Origin: Eledone cirrhosa
Taxonomy: Eukaryota
Direction of reading: 5' to 3'
Length of the DNA stretch: 64,000 nucleotides
NCBI GenBank assembly: GCA_964016885.1
Contig: OZ024741.1
Span: forward strand, 67,518,001-67,582,000
The notes under the pieces were generated by a model. It saw only the letters and a program-made list of their open reading frames with translations. It was not told the DNA's origin and did no database searches. Shown here one piece after another: positions 12,756 through 25,910 of this stretch. Made by a program: the position numbers and the translations under genes. Position 1 is the first letter of the stretch. Each line of letters opens with the position of its first letter.

Positions 12756-15379
12756 TTAAACCAGCCATCTAATTTCGCTTCTCTCTGATCGGTTGTTTAT
12801 TTGCGGTTGCAAGCGTTTGATAAAAAGCGCTTCCTTGATACGTAACGTGCCGACGTTCCTTTCAGTCGCTAGAATTGTGACAATGGGCCTTCCGTCTTTG
12901 TTTCCGCATTTGTCTATGTGTTTCCGGAAAGACCAGGCCCTGGTTTTAGTGTGTTCCTTGATCCGGATGTGCAAAGGTCGGATTGTGCTACCTATGTAGT
13001 ATTGGTTGCACCTGTCACATTCTATCTTATACACGACGTATGTGCGTAGGGAACAGTTCGCATGGCGTATCGGGCAGTCTCTGAGGGAGCATGCGTCAGT
13101 AGATTTCCCGGGTTTCCTGGAGAGGTATCTTAGCAGGGAGGGGCCCGAGTGGGCCAGGTGGATGTCGAGGCCCTCCCTCCGTATAGCCTTGCTGATAGCG
13201 TTGGTGGTATTCTCGCCCAGGTGTGGCATTTTAAGGAAGCACTTGCCTTGGGTGCCTCTCTGTCTCTTGCGTCTGGTGTCTCCTATTCTGTCTGTGATCG
13301 AGGTAGGGTACGCGTTCGTCTCCAGCACCTTGAGGAATCGCTTGGTATGAGTGACACCACTCGCGGGATCGCTGCATCTGTTTTCGATTCGCGCGATCTC
13401 GTTCGTGATGTATCCTCTTTTGCCACTGTTAAGGAGGGCGGACTTGTAGTGAACGAACAGGTCCCTGCAGGCTGCCTTTCGGTAGAAGTTGTAGTGTATC
13501 CTTCCCTCTTCCGTGATGTTGATTCGGAAGTCGAGGAGGGCAAGTGACCCGTCTTCGTTGGGGTGTTCAACACTGAAGTCAATGTTCTCGTCCGTGTTGT
13601 TGAACGTCTCATATATTCTGTTCGCCGTGTCTTGGGAAGATGTGAGGATGAGGATATCGTCCACGTACCTTGAGAAAAAGGCTACGGCGTTGGGGTTGCA
13701 GGAGTTGAGTGCCTTGCGTTCGAAGTTGTCCATGTAAGAGATCGCTAGCATACCTGATAGGCTTGATCCCATGGGCAATCCCGAGTTTTGTTGGTATGTT
13801 TGGTCAAGGAATCCGAAGTAGGTGTTGTCGACGACGATGGATAGGAGTTGGTGGATGTCAGTGGTGGTGAGCCCGAAGCAGTGTAGGTCGGTGGATTGGA
13901 CGCGTTCCATCAGTATATTTATGGCCGGGAGTGCCGGGACCGAGGTGTAGAGAGCAACTACATGAAGGCTGAAGGCATATCTGTTATTCCTTCTGGTGTC
14001 GGGATCCATTTGATGCAGGCGCTTCAACACCTCCTCGGAGCTGTTAACGTGTCCCGGCAAGGTGTCTAAGATGGGTTTGAGTATTCTGGCTAGGAGCCAT
14101 GAAATTTTGTAGAGTGGTCCCTCCACGCTCGATACGATGGGCCTGATCTTCAGGTCGGGTCCCTGTTTGTGTGTTTTCACGAGGTGGTAGAAGGCGGGTA
14201 GTCTGCTGTTCCTCGTGAGGAGGTTGTATCTCCCCTTCTTCGGGAGCTTCCGCCGGTCGCAGATGTTGGTCCAGGCGGCATTGATGTGCTCTTCTATCTG
14301 CGCGGGAGTGATTCCCGTGACCTTGGAGTAGAAGTTGTCATCGTCAAGGTGTTGAAGGGCCAGGGTGTTGTAGGCCTCTCTGCTGATGACGCAGAATTCT
14401 TTTCCCTTGTCGGAGGGGAGATAGATGAGGTTCTTCGATTTTAGGTTGGAGAGAGTGGTGAGTTGAGATTTGGTGAGGTTATGTGTTGTGCGTGTGTGTG
14501 TGTGTTTGTGAAGTATATCCGAGATGGAGTGTTTTAGCCTAATGAGTTTAGTGTCGAGTTCGTGGTTGGTGGGTGGGGAGTGGAGTGGGTTTGTCGGGTG
14601 GTACGTGGGGAACTTGGGGTGGGTTGCGTGGGCTCTGTTATTTTCTGTGGCGCTGTTGATGGCGGTCACCCATTTAAGTTGGTAAGCGGCTCGACAAAAG
14701 TTGGCCTCGATGTTGAGTTTGAGTCTGTCGTCGAGACGTTGTGAGACGATGAACTTGGGTCCGAGATGTAGGAGTTTCAGCTCATCGCTCGTGAGAGTGC
14801 CGGTTAGGTCAGTGACCAGGTGCGTCGCATCGTTGAGGTATGGCTCGGTGTTGGTGGATGCGGCGGTGGCGGTTGTTAAGTTGTTGTTTCCCACGTGGTT
14901 CTGGTCAGTCTGTTCGTTAGTGTCGATGTTCTCGTTGTGGCGTTTCGACAAGATCCACTCATATTTTCGCTTGAGCCGTTTTTTCTGGTATTGGACACTG
15001 GAGTGGTAGCACTGGTCGATTGCTTTCGTGATTTTCAGGAGCAAGTACCCGGGTGTTATTGGCAGTCGATGTGTCCGCTCTAAGAGTGTCGGCTTATGGA
15101 CATGTAATTGGCTGTTGAGATGTCTCAGGATCTGTTTAATATACGTGCGATGTATGCGGTTAGTGGTGTTTGGGAAAGCTGGTGTATGTAGGCTTACTAG
15201 TAAGCGGATGTTCCAGATGGTGTTGGGGATGACATCGTTTTTTAGGCAGCGTTTCAGGAAAATAATTTGACAGTCAGCGTTGGCCATTTCTCCGACAGTC
15301 TAAACAGTTCCGTTACGGATGCAAACAATTCCTGGCTCAGGTGTAAGGATAAGAGAGTATTGAAGTTTGCTTGAAGCAT
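12756..15379 (-). CDS. PLE RT + GIY-YIG protein (843-aa ORF; probable true start [10 protein letters not shown] at 15379 with a 1-nt deletion at ~15288)
   Basis: LGPKF, PSDKG, KTHK..IRPIVS, GLPMGSSLS, RYVDD, LLDF, YRK, VVYKIECDRCNQYYIGST..RIKEH..KEA. RT motif A reads SLHVVALY (D to H). Confidence 0.9.
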
Positions 15380-16038
15380 TGTGGAATAATAAGTAAATAT
15401 CTTTAAGTCGTTTGGAAGCCTTGACAATGCAAATGGGTAAATCTCCGGGTAACAAGATCCGGTGGTGGAGAGAGATATGTAAGGGGGTGTACGTTGAGAT
15501 GCGTGGTGTGTATGAGATGTGTAGAAGAATGAAGGAAAGAGTATAAAGGATAAAATAAAAATAACAACACGAGAGAGAGTTACCTTGGGAGAGATTTAAT
15601 AGTCCCTATATATTTCGGATTCACATCCATCAACTGGGGGTTTTTCCGGGGTGGGGGAAAGGGTTGTCTGTCGGACAGGTGCGAAACGCGTCCTCCGCTG
15701 TTTGTTGTTTTGAATATCTGAGGTATTCGGCAGAGCGCGCGTGCGCGTGAAATGAGGTCGGTCGGGCAGAGGTCAGCGGCCGAATGAGGCAGTGGGGTGG
15801 CGCTAGCTGTCAGTACATTCTCTGCCTGTTTGTTAAATGTTACTGTATGTGTGTGTGTGCGTGTGTTGTTTTCTCGCTTGAGTGTGTGTGTGTGTGCGTG
15901 TGTTGTTGCCTTGTTCTTCTGTATTGGCAGTGTAGTATGTTCGTATGGTGGAATGCTACTGCGTGTGTGTGCGTGTGTGTGTGTAGTTGTCTCGTTTGTG
16001 TGTGTGTGTGTGCGTGTGTTGCTGCATCGTTTGTTAGC

Positions 16039-17487
16039 TTAAATCAGCCATCTCATTTCGCTTCTCTCTGATCGGTTGTTTATTTGCGGTTGCAAGCGTT
16101 TGATAAAAAGCGCTTCCTTGATACGTAACGTGCCGACGTTCCTTTCAGTCGCTAGAATTGTGACAATGGGCCTTCCGTCTTTGTTTCCGCATTTGTCTAT
16201 GTGTTTCCGGAAAGACCAGGCCCTGGTTTTAGTGTGTTCCTTGATCCGGATGTGCAAAGGTCGGATTGTGCTACCTATGTAGTATTGGTTGCACCTGTCA
16301 CATTCTATCTTATACACGACGTATGTGCGTAGGGAACAGTTCGCATGGCGTATCGGGCAGTCTCTGAGGGAGCATGCGTCAGTAGATTTCCCAGGTTTCC
16401 TGGAGAGGTATCTTAGCAGGGAGGGGCCCGAGTGGGCCAGGTGGATGTCGAGGCCCTCCCTCCGTATAGCCTTGCGGATAGCGTTGGTGGTATTCTCGCC
16501 CAGGTGTGGCATTTTAAGGAAGCACTTGCCTTGGGTGCCTCTCTGTCTCTTGCGTCTGGTGTCTCCTATTCTGTCTGTGATCGAGGTAGGGTACGCGTTC
16601 GTCTCCAGCACCTTGAGGAATCGCTTGGTATGAGTGACACCACTCGCGGGATCGCTGCATCTGTTTTCGATTTGCGCGATCTCGTTCGTGATGTATCCTC
16701 TTTTGCCACTGTTAAGGAGGGCGGACTTGTAGTGAACGAACAGGTCCCTGCAGGCTGCCTTTCGGTAGAAGTTGCAGTGTATCCTTCCCTCTTCCGTGAT
16801 GTTGATTCGGAAGTCGAGGAGGGCAAGTGACCCGTCTTCGTTGGGGTGTTCAACACTGAAGTCAATGTTCTCGTCCGTGTTGTTGAACGTCTCATATATT
16901 CTGTTCGCCGTGTCTTGGGAAGATGTGAGGATGAGGATATCGTCCACGTACCTTGAGAAAAAGGCTACGGCGTTGGGGTGGCAGGCGTTGAGTGCCTTGC
17001 GTTCGAAGTTGTCCATGTAAGAGATCGCTAGCATACCTGATAGGCTTGATCCCATGGGCAATCCCGAGTTTTGTTGGTATGTTTGGTCAAGGAATCCGAA
17101 GTAGGTGTTGTCGACGACGATGGATAGGAGTTGGTGGATGTCAGTGGTGGTGAGCCTGAAGCAGTGTAGGTCGGTGGATTGGACGCGTTCCATCAGTATA
17201 TTTACGGCCGGGAGTGCCGGGACCGAGGTGTAGAGAGCGACTACATCAAGGCTGAAGGCATATCTGTTATTCCTTCTGGTGTCGGGATCCATTTGATGCA
17301 GGCGCTTTAACACCTCCTTGGAGCTGTTAACGTGTACCGGCAAGGTGTCTAAGATGGGTTTGAGTATTCTGGCTAGGAGCCATGAAATTTTGTAGAGTGG
17401 TCCCTCCACGCTCGATACGATGGGCCTGATCTTCAGGTCGGGTCCCTGTTTGTGTGTTTTCACGAGGTGGTAGAAGGCGGGTAGTCT
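16039..17487 (-). pseudogene. 5'-truncated tandem copy of the element D ORF (RT core + GIY-YIG, open)
   Basis: 474-aa ORF almost identical to 12756..15287; keeps SLDVVALY. Confidence 0.9.
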
Positions 17488-17566
17488 GTGTGTGTGTGCG
17501 TGTGTGTGTGTGTAGTTGTCTCGTTTATGCGTGTGTGTGTGCGTGTGTTCTGCATCGTTTGTTAGC

Positions 17567-18103
17567 TTAAACCAGCCATCTAATTTCGCTTCTCTCTGAT
17601 CGGTTGTTTATTTGCGGTTGCAAGCGTTTGATAAAATGCGCTTCCTTGATACGTAACGTGCCGACGTTCCTTTCAGTCGCTAGAATTGTGACAATGGGCC
17701 TTCCGTCTTTGTTTCCGCATTTGTCTATGTGTTTCCGGAAAGACCAGGCCCTGGTTTTAGTGTGTTCATTGATCCGGATGTGCAAAGGTCGGACTGTGCT
17801 ACCTATGTAGTATTGGTTGCACCTGTCACATTCTATCTTATACACGACGTATGTGCGTAGGGAACAGTTCGCATGGCGTATCGGGCAGTCTCTGAGGGAG
17901 CATGCGTCAGTAGATTTCTCGGGTTTCCTGGAGAGGCATCTTCGCAGGGAGGGGCCCGAGTGGGCCAGGTGGATGTCGAGGCCCTCCCTTCGTATAGCCT
18001 TGCGGATAGCGTTGGTGGTATTCTCGCCCAGGTGTGGAATTTTAAGGGAGCACTTGCCTTGGGTGCCTCTCTGTCTCTTGTGTCTGGTGTCTCCTATTCT
18101 GTC
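17567..18103 (-). pseudogene. Third, shorter 5'-truncated copy (linker + GIY-YIG only)
   Basis: ORF 17567..17845; the unit begins inside the (GT)n tract of the 3' UTR. Confidence 0.88.
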
Positions 18104-18214
18104 TGCTCCACTTACATCTCTCTCTCCACCACCGGATCTTGTTACCCGGAGATTTACCCATTTGCATTGTCGAGGCTTCCAAACGACTTAAAGATATTTA
18201 CTTATTATTCCACA

Positions 18215-20819
18215 ATGCTTCAAGCAAACTTCAATACTCTCTGAGCCAGGAATTGTTTGCATCCGTAAGGGAACTGTTTAGACTGTCGGAGAAATCGGCC
18301 AACGCTGGCTGTCAAATTATTTTCCTGAAACGCTGCCTAAAAAACGATGTCATCCCCAACACCTTCAGGAACATCCGCTTACCAGTAAGCCTACGCACAC
18401 CAGCTTTCCCAAACACCACTAACCGCATACATCGCACGTGTATTAAACAGATCCTGAGACATCTCAACCGCCAATTACCTGTCCATAAGCGGACACTCTC
18501 AGAGCGGACACATCGACTGCCAATAGCACCCGGGGACTTGCTCCTGAAAATCACTAAAGCAATCGACCAGTGCTACCACTCCAGAGTCCAATACCAGAAA
18601 AAAACGGCTCAAGCGAAAATATGAGTGGATCTTGTCGAAACGCCACAACGAGAACATCGACACTAACTAACAGACTGACCAGAACCACGTGGGAAACAAC
18701 AACTTAACAACCGCCACCGCCGCATCTACCAACACCGAGCCATACCTCAACGATGCGACGCACCTGGGCACCGGCCTAACCGGCACTCTCACGAGCGACG
18801 AGCTGAAACTCCTACACCTCGGACCCAAGTTCATCGTCTCACAACGTCTCGACGACAGACTCAAACTCAACATCGAGGCCAACTTTTGTTGAGCCGCTTA
18901 CCAACTTAAATGGGTGACCGCCATCAACAGCGCCACAGAAAATAACAGCGCCCACGCAACCCACCCCAAGTTCCCCACTTACCACCCCGACAACCCATTC
19001 CACCCCCCACCCACCAACCACGAACTCGACACTAAACTCATCAGGCTAAAACACTCCATCTCGGATATACTTCACAAACACACACACACACGCACAATAC
19101 ATAACCTCACCAAATCTCAACTCACCACTCTCTCCAACCTAAAATCGAAGAACCTCATCTATCTCCCCTCCGACAAGGGAAAAGAATTCTGCGTCATCAG
19201 CAGAGAGGCCTACAACACCCTGGCCCTCCAACTCCTTGACGATGACAACCTCTACTCCAAGGTCACGGGAATCACTCCCGCGCAGATAGAAGAGCACATC
19301 AACGCCGCCTGGACCAACATCTGCGACCGGCGGAAGCTTTCGAAGAAGGTGAGATACAACCTCCTCACGAGGAACAGCAGACTACCCGCCTTCTACCACC
19401 TCGTGAAAACACACAAACAGGGACCCGACCTGAAGATCAGGCCCATCGTATCGAGCGTGGAGGGACCACTCTACAAAATTTCATGGCTCCTAGCCAGAAT
19501 ACTCAAACCCATCTTAGACAGCTTGCCGGGACACGTTAACAGCTCCGAGGAGGTGTTAAAGCGCCTGCATCAAATGAATCCCGACACCAGAAGGAATAAC
19601 AGATATGCCTTCAGCCTTCATGTAGTTGCTCTCTACACCTCGGTCCCGGCACTCCCGGCCGTCAATATACTGATGGAACGAGTCGAATCCACCGACCTTC
19701 ACTGCTTCGGGCTCACCACCACTGACATCCACTAACTCCGATCCATCGTCGTCGACAACACCTACTTCGGATTCCTTGACCAAACATACCAACAAACCTC
19801 GGGATTGCCCATGGGATCAAGCCTATCAGGTGTGCTAGCGATCTCTTACATGGACAACCTCGAACGCAAGTCACTCAACGCCTGCCACCCCAACGCCGTA
19901 GCCTTTTTCTCAAGGTACGTGGACGATATCCTCATCCTCACATCTTCCCAAGACACGGCGAACAGAATATATGAGACGTTCAACAACACGGACGAGAACA
20001 TTGACTTCAGTGTTGAACACCCCAACGAAGACGGGTCACTTGCCCTCCTCGACTTCCGAATCAACATCACGGAAGAGGGAAGGATACACTGCAACTTCTA
20101 CCGAAAGGCAGCCTGCAGGGACCTGTTCGTTCACTACAAGTCCGCCCTCTAACAGTGCCAAAAGAGGATACATCACGAACGAGATCGCGCGAATCAAAAA
20201 CAGATGCAGCAATCCCGCGAGTGGTGTCACTCATACCAAGCGATTCCTCGAGGTGCTGGAGACGAGCTGGTACCCTACCTCAATCACAGACAGAATAGAA
20301 GACACCAGACGCAAGAGACAGAGAGGCACCCAAGGCTCCCTTAAAATGCCACACCTGGGCGAGAATACCACCAACGCTATCCGCAAGGCTATACGGAGGG
20401 AGGGCCTCGACATCCACCTGGCCCACTCGGGCCCCTCCCTGCGAAGATGCCTCTCCAGGAAACCCGGGAAATTTACTGACGCATGCTCCCTCAGAGACTG
20501 CCCGATACGCCATGCGAACTGTTGCCTACGCACATACGTCGTGTATAAGATAGAATGTGACAGGTGCAACCAATACTACATAGGTAGCACAGTCCGACCT
20601 TTGCACATCCGGATCAATGAACACACTAAAACCAGGGCCTCGTCTTTCCGGAAACACATAGACAAATGCGGAAACAAAGACGGAAGGCCCATTGTCACAA
20701 TTCTAGCGACTGAAAGGAACGTCGGCACGTTACGTATCAAGGAAGCGCATTTTATCAAACGCTTGCAACCGCAAATAAACAACCGATCAGAGAGAAGCGA
20801 AATTAGATGGCTGGTTTAA
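18215..20819 (+). pseudogene. Disrupted full-length element D ORF in inverted orientation
   Basis: ORF pieces 18139..18624, 18689..18892, 18914..19735, 19805..20152 and 19971..20819 with stops and frameshifts. Confidence 0.92.
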
Positions 20820-22061
20820 GCTAACAAACGATGCAGCAACACACGCACACACACACACAAACGAGACAACTACACACACACACGCACACACACACAGTAG
20901 CATTCCACCATACGAACATACTACACTGCCAATATAGAGGAACAAGGCAACAACAAACGCACACACACACACACACTCAAGCGAGACAACAACACACACA
21001 CAGTAACATTTAACAAACAGGCAGAGAATGGACTGACAGCTAGCGCCACCCCACTACCTCATTCGGCCGCTGACCTCTGCCCGACCGACCCCATTTCACG
21101 CGCACGCGCGCTCTGCCGAATACCTCAGATATTCAAAACAACAAACAGCGGAGGACGCGTTTCGCACCTGTCCGACAGACAACCCTTTCCCCCACCCCGG
21201 AAAAACCCCCAGTTGATGGATGTGAATCCGAAATATATAGGGACTATTAAATCTCTCCCAAGGTAACTCTCTCTCGTGTTGCTATTTTTATTTTATCCTT
21301 TATACTCTTTCCTTCTTTCTTCTACACATCTCATACACACCACGCATCTCAACGTACACCCCCTTACATATCTCTCTCCACCACCAGATCTTGTTACCCG
21401 GAGATTTACCCATTTGCATTCTCGAGGCTTCCAAACGACTTAAACATATTTACATATATATATATATGAACCTAATATAGGTATTGTTAACCCATTGCAG
21501 CACCTATACACCTAATACTATAAAGTTACGGCGAAATCCAGATAATCGATGCTATATCCTTCTCTTTCTCTTTTTCTTTTTTTCTGTCTCTTTTTCTTTA
21601 TCTATTTCTTTCACACATACCCTGTCTTCACCCCCCTCTCTCTCTCTCACTCTCTCTCTCTCATACACACACACACAAGTGCGCAAGCGAGTTCTCCTTC
21701 TCCCGTTAACAATTATCATCATACATAACTGTCAAATGTTATGCCAGTCCGTTGCAAGAAATAATTATTTTACCTTATTCAAAACTCAAGCTAACGAAGG
21801 AGCCTCTAAGAGGTTAATCAATCTGTTACAAAAAGCACCTAAATTTAATAAAATCAAAACCTGCCTCTTTAAAAATAAAGACATCTTAGATCATATAATT
21901 CCAGATGTAAGAAAAAAATGAAAGGATGGGAATAGCTGGAATTCTCTGGACGATAGTTGTGCATAAGATGTTTAACCTGGAGGTACATAACAATAAGATA
22001 GTGAAATAAAACTAGCCATTTCAATCGATGACGTAAGCTGTTATTGCTGTTGTTTTGCTCC

Positions 22062-22252
22062 AGTTATAGTTGGCCGTATCGGTAGAGGATCGGACACCAT
22101 GCTTTTCAGCACAGAGTCACGTATCTTTACGGTCTGAATTAAAATCCCGCTGAGATTAACTTTGCCTTTCATCCTTACGGGGTCGATAAATTAAATTACC
22201 AATAATGCACTGGGATAATTGCTGGCCTTGTGCCAAAAGTAGAAATAATTGT
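22062..22252 (+). mobile_element. tRNA-derived SINE; two older minus-strand copies follow at ~22260-22460 and ~22490-22675
   Basis: Core ctttgcctttcatccttacggggtcgataaa; the reverse core gatgaaaggcaaagtt occurs twice downstream. Confidence 0.8.
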
Positions 22253-22787
22253 TATGATTTTTAATTTGGGCACAACACCAACAATTTGTGGGGAGAGGAA
22301 AGCTGAGGCCAGCTATCTAGTACATAACTGATACTTTACTTTACCAACCCCGGAATAATGAAAGGCAAAGTTAACCTTGACGTGTGATTATCTCAGTGCG
22401 TTAAATGCAGGTTTAATACTATTAAACATGTATTTGTCGTTTTAATGAATCTGAAAATCCACTGCGCTGAGAAGAATTATGATTTTTTTCTAAGATTGGT
22501 ACAAGGCCAACAATTTGAGGCAAAGGAACAGATGATCATATCAAACTCAGTACTTAACTGGTACTTTATTATGGCGAACCCGAAGGGATGAAAGGCAAAG
22601 TTGATCTAGGTACTATTTGAACTTAGGAGGTAAATGCTGCTAAAATATGTGTTCGACATTCTAATGACTGTGCTGATCAAGTGCACCGAGAAAATAGTGG
22701 CCTTGATGACATAACCTGGTGCGGCGTTGCATATTTCGGCAAGGTACCTCATTTCATTTCCACCCTAATATTCTTTGTAACGCACAC

Positions 22788-22816
<29 letters not shown>

Positions 22817-22818
<2 letters not shown>

Positions 22819-22985
22819 GGAAAACGTATGACCCCGACGGCAGAGCTAAGCCGTTTCGACGGCTATTTCTGAGTCCAGAAATAGCCGTCGGGGTCATACT
22901 TTTTCCTATTACCCATTCTACTACCATAAGTATTGAGTACTCTGGTGCGTTATGGTCCATCTGGTTCCTTACCACAATTCCTTCG

Positions 22986-22988
<3 letters not shown>
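22817..22988 (+). mobile_element. Mini fold-back PLE-terminus element in (TA)n (copy 1)
   Basis: taggaaaa..gaccccgacggc.. / ..gccgtcggggtcatactttttccta plus ~80-nt tail; homologous to 30722-30930 and 48076-48276. Confidence 0.75.
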
Positions 22989-23055
<67 letters not shown>

Positions 23056-23464
23056 GCAGAGAAAGAGAGGTAGATAGATAGATATGCATGCCTGTATTAT
23101 TATATGCATGCATATCTATATATATGTGTATAGGCGTACATACATATATATGTATTTATGTGTGTTTATGAATGTATGCTTAATATACAGAGCTTACACA
23201 TAAAATTCGTTAATCCATTTGTTATTAAAATTGAATTCGTGGCGACCTAGTGTAAATAAATGTCAGCAGAAAATGTATACAATAGATTGAAGTTAAATCC
23301 CAGAGGGCAGTGAATGAAGTTATAAATACAAAGCAAATAACATTTCGAAGAACGTTAAAAATTATATTTCTGTCAAAATTGTAAATATTAGTTTATGTTT
23401 CATCAACAAACTTGGATATGTGATTATTTCCTTCCGGAGGTAGAATTATAGAATATTTGACGAT

Positions 23465-23660
23465 CAGTGGATTGGCAGAATCGTTAGAGTTTAGGGTGAC
23501 ACTTTTTGCAGTAGATTATTATGGTTTCTAGTTTCAAATCCCGTCGAGGGTAGTTTTTTTTTCTTTCATCCTTCTAACGTCGATAGAATATAGTACCTGC
23601 AAACTATTGCCATTCACTTCTCCCAAAATTATTAGTCTTCTGTCTGCCTATGCTAGAAAT
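23465..23660 (+). mobile_element. Old tRNA-derived SINE copy
   Basis: gtggattggcagaatcgttagag head, gtttcaaatcccg, ctttcatccttctaacgtcgata. Confidence 0.65.
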
Positions 23661-24381
23661 AAAGAACAATGTTAGAATGTTTGCTAATATATACAACAGA
23701 CATAAATACATACAACGATTGTGATGTTGCTGCTGATCAGTTATAATCATTTCGTTCTTTATTTAGACTTACTGTAACTAAACTAAATATTCGTTATAAT
23801 TTCAGATAGATGGTCTCCTAAGTTGTATAGACCTGGTATAGTGTAGTGACAGGGAGATTTTTATTTCGTAAGGGAAACTCTCTTTTTCCCGCCGGCTGCA
23901 AGAAACATTAGCTCTCCGCAGCTTCTGTTTCAACTGAGATAGACAAGCTCTACTTAGGGCTACAATCCATATGATAAATAACTTTTTTTTATCGAATTTT
24001 TAACACATTCCTACAGTTGTCCTGTAATGCCTCGAAAAGAAGTAAAATAAATCTGTTTAGATTATTCTATTTTTAATACTAACGCTCAAACATAGTTTCA
24101 ATAGACATCATCAAACAAAACCATATGTAAATAAGTTGTAATCCAATGTAATATTCCCATATGCTGCAAGTGAATCAGGTGTTACTTCACAAAATATTCT
24201 TGTTCAATACACCCACAGACATAGACTCCTCCGTCCAGGTTACGTCTCTAATTTTTATATTGATCGATTGTTGTTACAGTGATTTTCCACATTTGGTACT
24301 CTCACATATTGAAATTTCTGACACTCCGAGTGCTTTGATTCGGTTTAATCCTGAAAATACAGAAAAAAGTGTCAGCCTCCA

Positions 24382-24451
<70 letters not shown>

Positions 24452-24456
<5 letters not shown>

Positions 24457-25375
24457 TAATAAAATTGAAGACTAAAATCCAAAGAGGGCTCGATAAGGAA
24501 AATATATATCAAATATATAAGAACCGTAGAGCAAATGGCGTATAATTTTTACATATTCTGATATTTAGGGTTTGGCTATGTGTATACGGGAGTTTTGCGT
24601 CTGCGTGAGTATGCAGGTTCGTACGTATGGTGGGTGTGTGTATATGTGTACTTCTTGTTTTAGTTGACTTACGTCTCCGAACATTCGTGTATTTATTTGT
24701 AGGTATGTGTGTGCGCTTGTTATATACGTATTTATTTACTTATTTACGTTTATATAATTATTTATTTATTTGTACACAAGCATACACACACACACATATT
24801 TATATGTGCGTGGTTTTGTATACCTATGGTAAGGTTTTGCGTATGCTTGTGTATGTACGTATCTGTTTGCGTGTATGTATTTATTTGTTTCTATTACTTC
24901 TGTATTGTATTTATTTACTTTGTTCTTAACTCTGTAGCGGAGATTCATTTGGTCTGCTAGTTAGAATTTTAGTCTACAACTTCTGCTATACCATTTACGT
25001 GGTTTTGTCTTTGCGTGCTATTGTTCTCCACGCTCCACATATGACTTATTATCTTCGTTTTTTCGTTCATTGCCAGAGAACGTCTCTGTGCACCACCTAA
25101 GAGAACTTTAGTCTACGACCTCTTTTATACCATAAACGTGTTTCTGTCTTTGCGTGTAATTGTTTTTCACCGCTCCTATTAATGACGTATTATTCGTTTT
25201 TCCCCGTTCTTTGCCAGCGAACGTTTCCACGAACCAAAGTATCGTCTTCCTGTCTTCCTCCAGTTGCAACGTTTTTTGAAATATCCAGTTCTACGTTTAC
25301 AGATTGACTTTGTTAGTTTCAGAAGATCCCGTTAAGGGTGAAAGCAGCGATTCTTTGCTTAAATTTTAATAAATA
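24452..25375 (+). mobile_element. Hydra-like PLE family E, 3' UTR copy with inverted tail (24452-24535 minus, 24536-25375 plus)
   Basis: Reverse complement of ~34360-35207 and ~61120-61965; tail matches 34270-34355; (TA)n on both sides. Confidence 0.88.
25315..25365 (+). ncRNA. Type I hammerhead motif, U4A variant with a real stem III (family E); also 34379-34429 (-), 36488-36538 (+), 61141-61191 (-)
   Basis: agttt CAGAAGA tccc-gttaa-gggt GAAA gca-gcgattctt-tgc TT aaact (aaatt in this copy). Confidence 0.55.
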
Positions 25376-25391
25376 TATATATATATATATA

Positions 25392-25643
25392 TACAAAGTT
25401 TTATTTAAATTGTTGGGTTACAACGAGTAAATATTTATAACTGATATAAAAGCACTCAACTACCAAATCAACTTTTTAAATGGAAGTTGAAGTGTAAGGT
25501 ATGTCAAATCTATCTATTTATAAGACTGTTTATATTGTATTTTGTCTGATGAAGGCATACCATATTTTTAATATGATATCCCTGAAATATATATAATGAA
25601 ATAAATATTGTTTTATAAATATAGTTTCCATTTATTTAATATC

Positions 25644-25645
<2 letters not shown>
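25392..25645 (+). mobile_element. Short PLE terminus related to element B, with inverted tail; hammerhead at 25538-25603
   Basis: tattttgt CTGATGA aggcatacc..tatccct GAAA tatata TA atgaaata, then atagtttccatttatttaatatc as in 11775-11800. Confidence 0.75.
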
Positions 25646-25714
<69 letters not shown>

Positions 25715-25718
<4 letters not shown>

Positions 25719-25910
25719 AAAAGAGTCAGGATCCAGACGGCCGAGCTCCGGCGTTTCGACAGCTAAATCCGAACGCGTTCGGATCTAGCTGCCGAAACGG
25801 CCGGAGCTCAGCCACCGGGCTCCTGACTCTTTTCCTATTACCCACTCTATTACTCTCAGTATCGAGTACTCTGGTGCGCTATGGTCCACCTGGCTACCTT
25901 ACTACACTTA
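25715..25910 (+). mobile_element. Mini fold-back element, divergent subfamily (copy 2)
   Basis: taggaaaagagtcagga..ccgaacgcgttcgg..tcctgactcttttccta hairpin plus tail tacccactcta..tcgagtactctggtgcg. Confidence 0.75.

Larger units (their letters stand above)
12082..21453. mobile_element. Penelope/Poseidon-like PLE array (element D): three minus-strand units (12082-15351, 15352-17487, 17488-18103) head-to-head with a plus-strand full-length unit (18104-21453)
   Basis: Near-identical repeated ORF and UTR blocks; flanked by (TA)n on both sides; GC-richer than its surroundings. Confidence 0.95.

Noticed and set aside
12793-20782. Antisense and alternate-frame ORFs repeated across element D (e.g. 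13006..13350, 13149..13547)
   Set aside because: Shadows of the GC-rich RT ORF; they recur only because the element is repeated.
21255-21430. AAG|GTAACT donor plus pyrimidine tract as a pLTR intron in element D
   Set aside because: No acceptor is clearly conserved among the copies; it needs transcript data.
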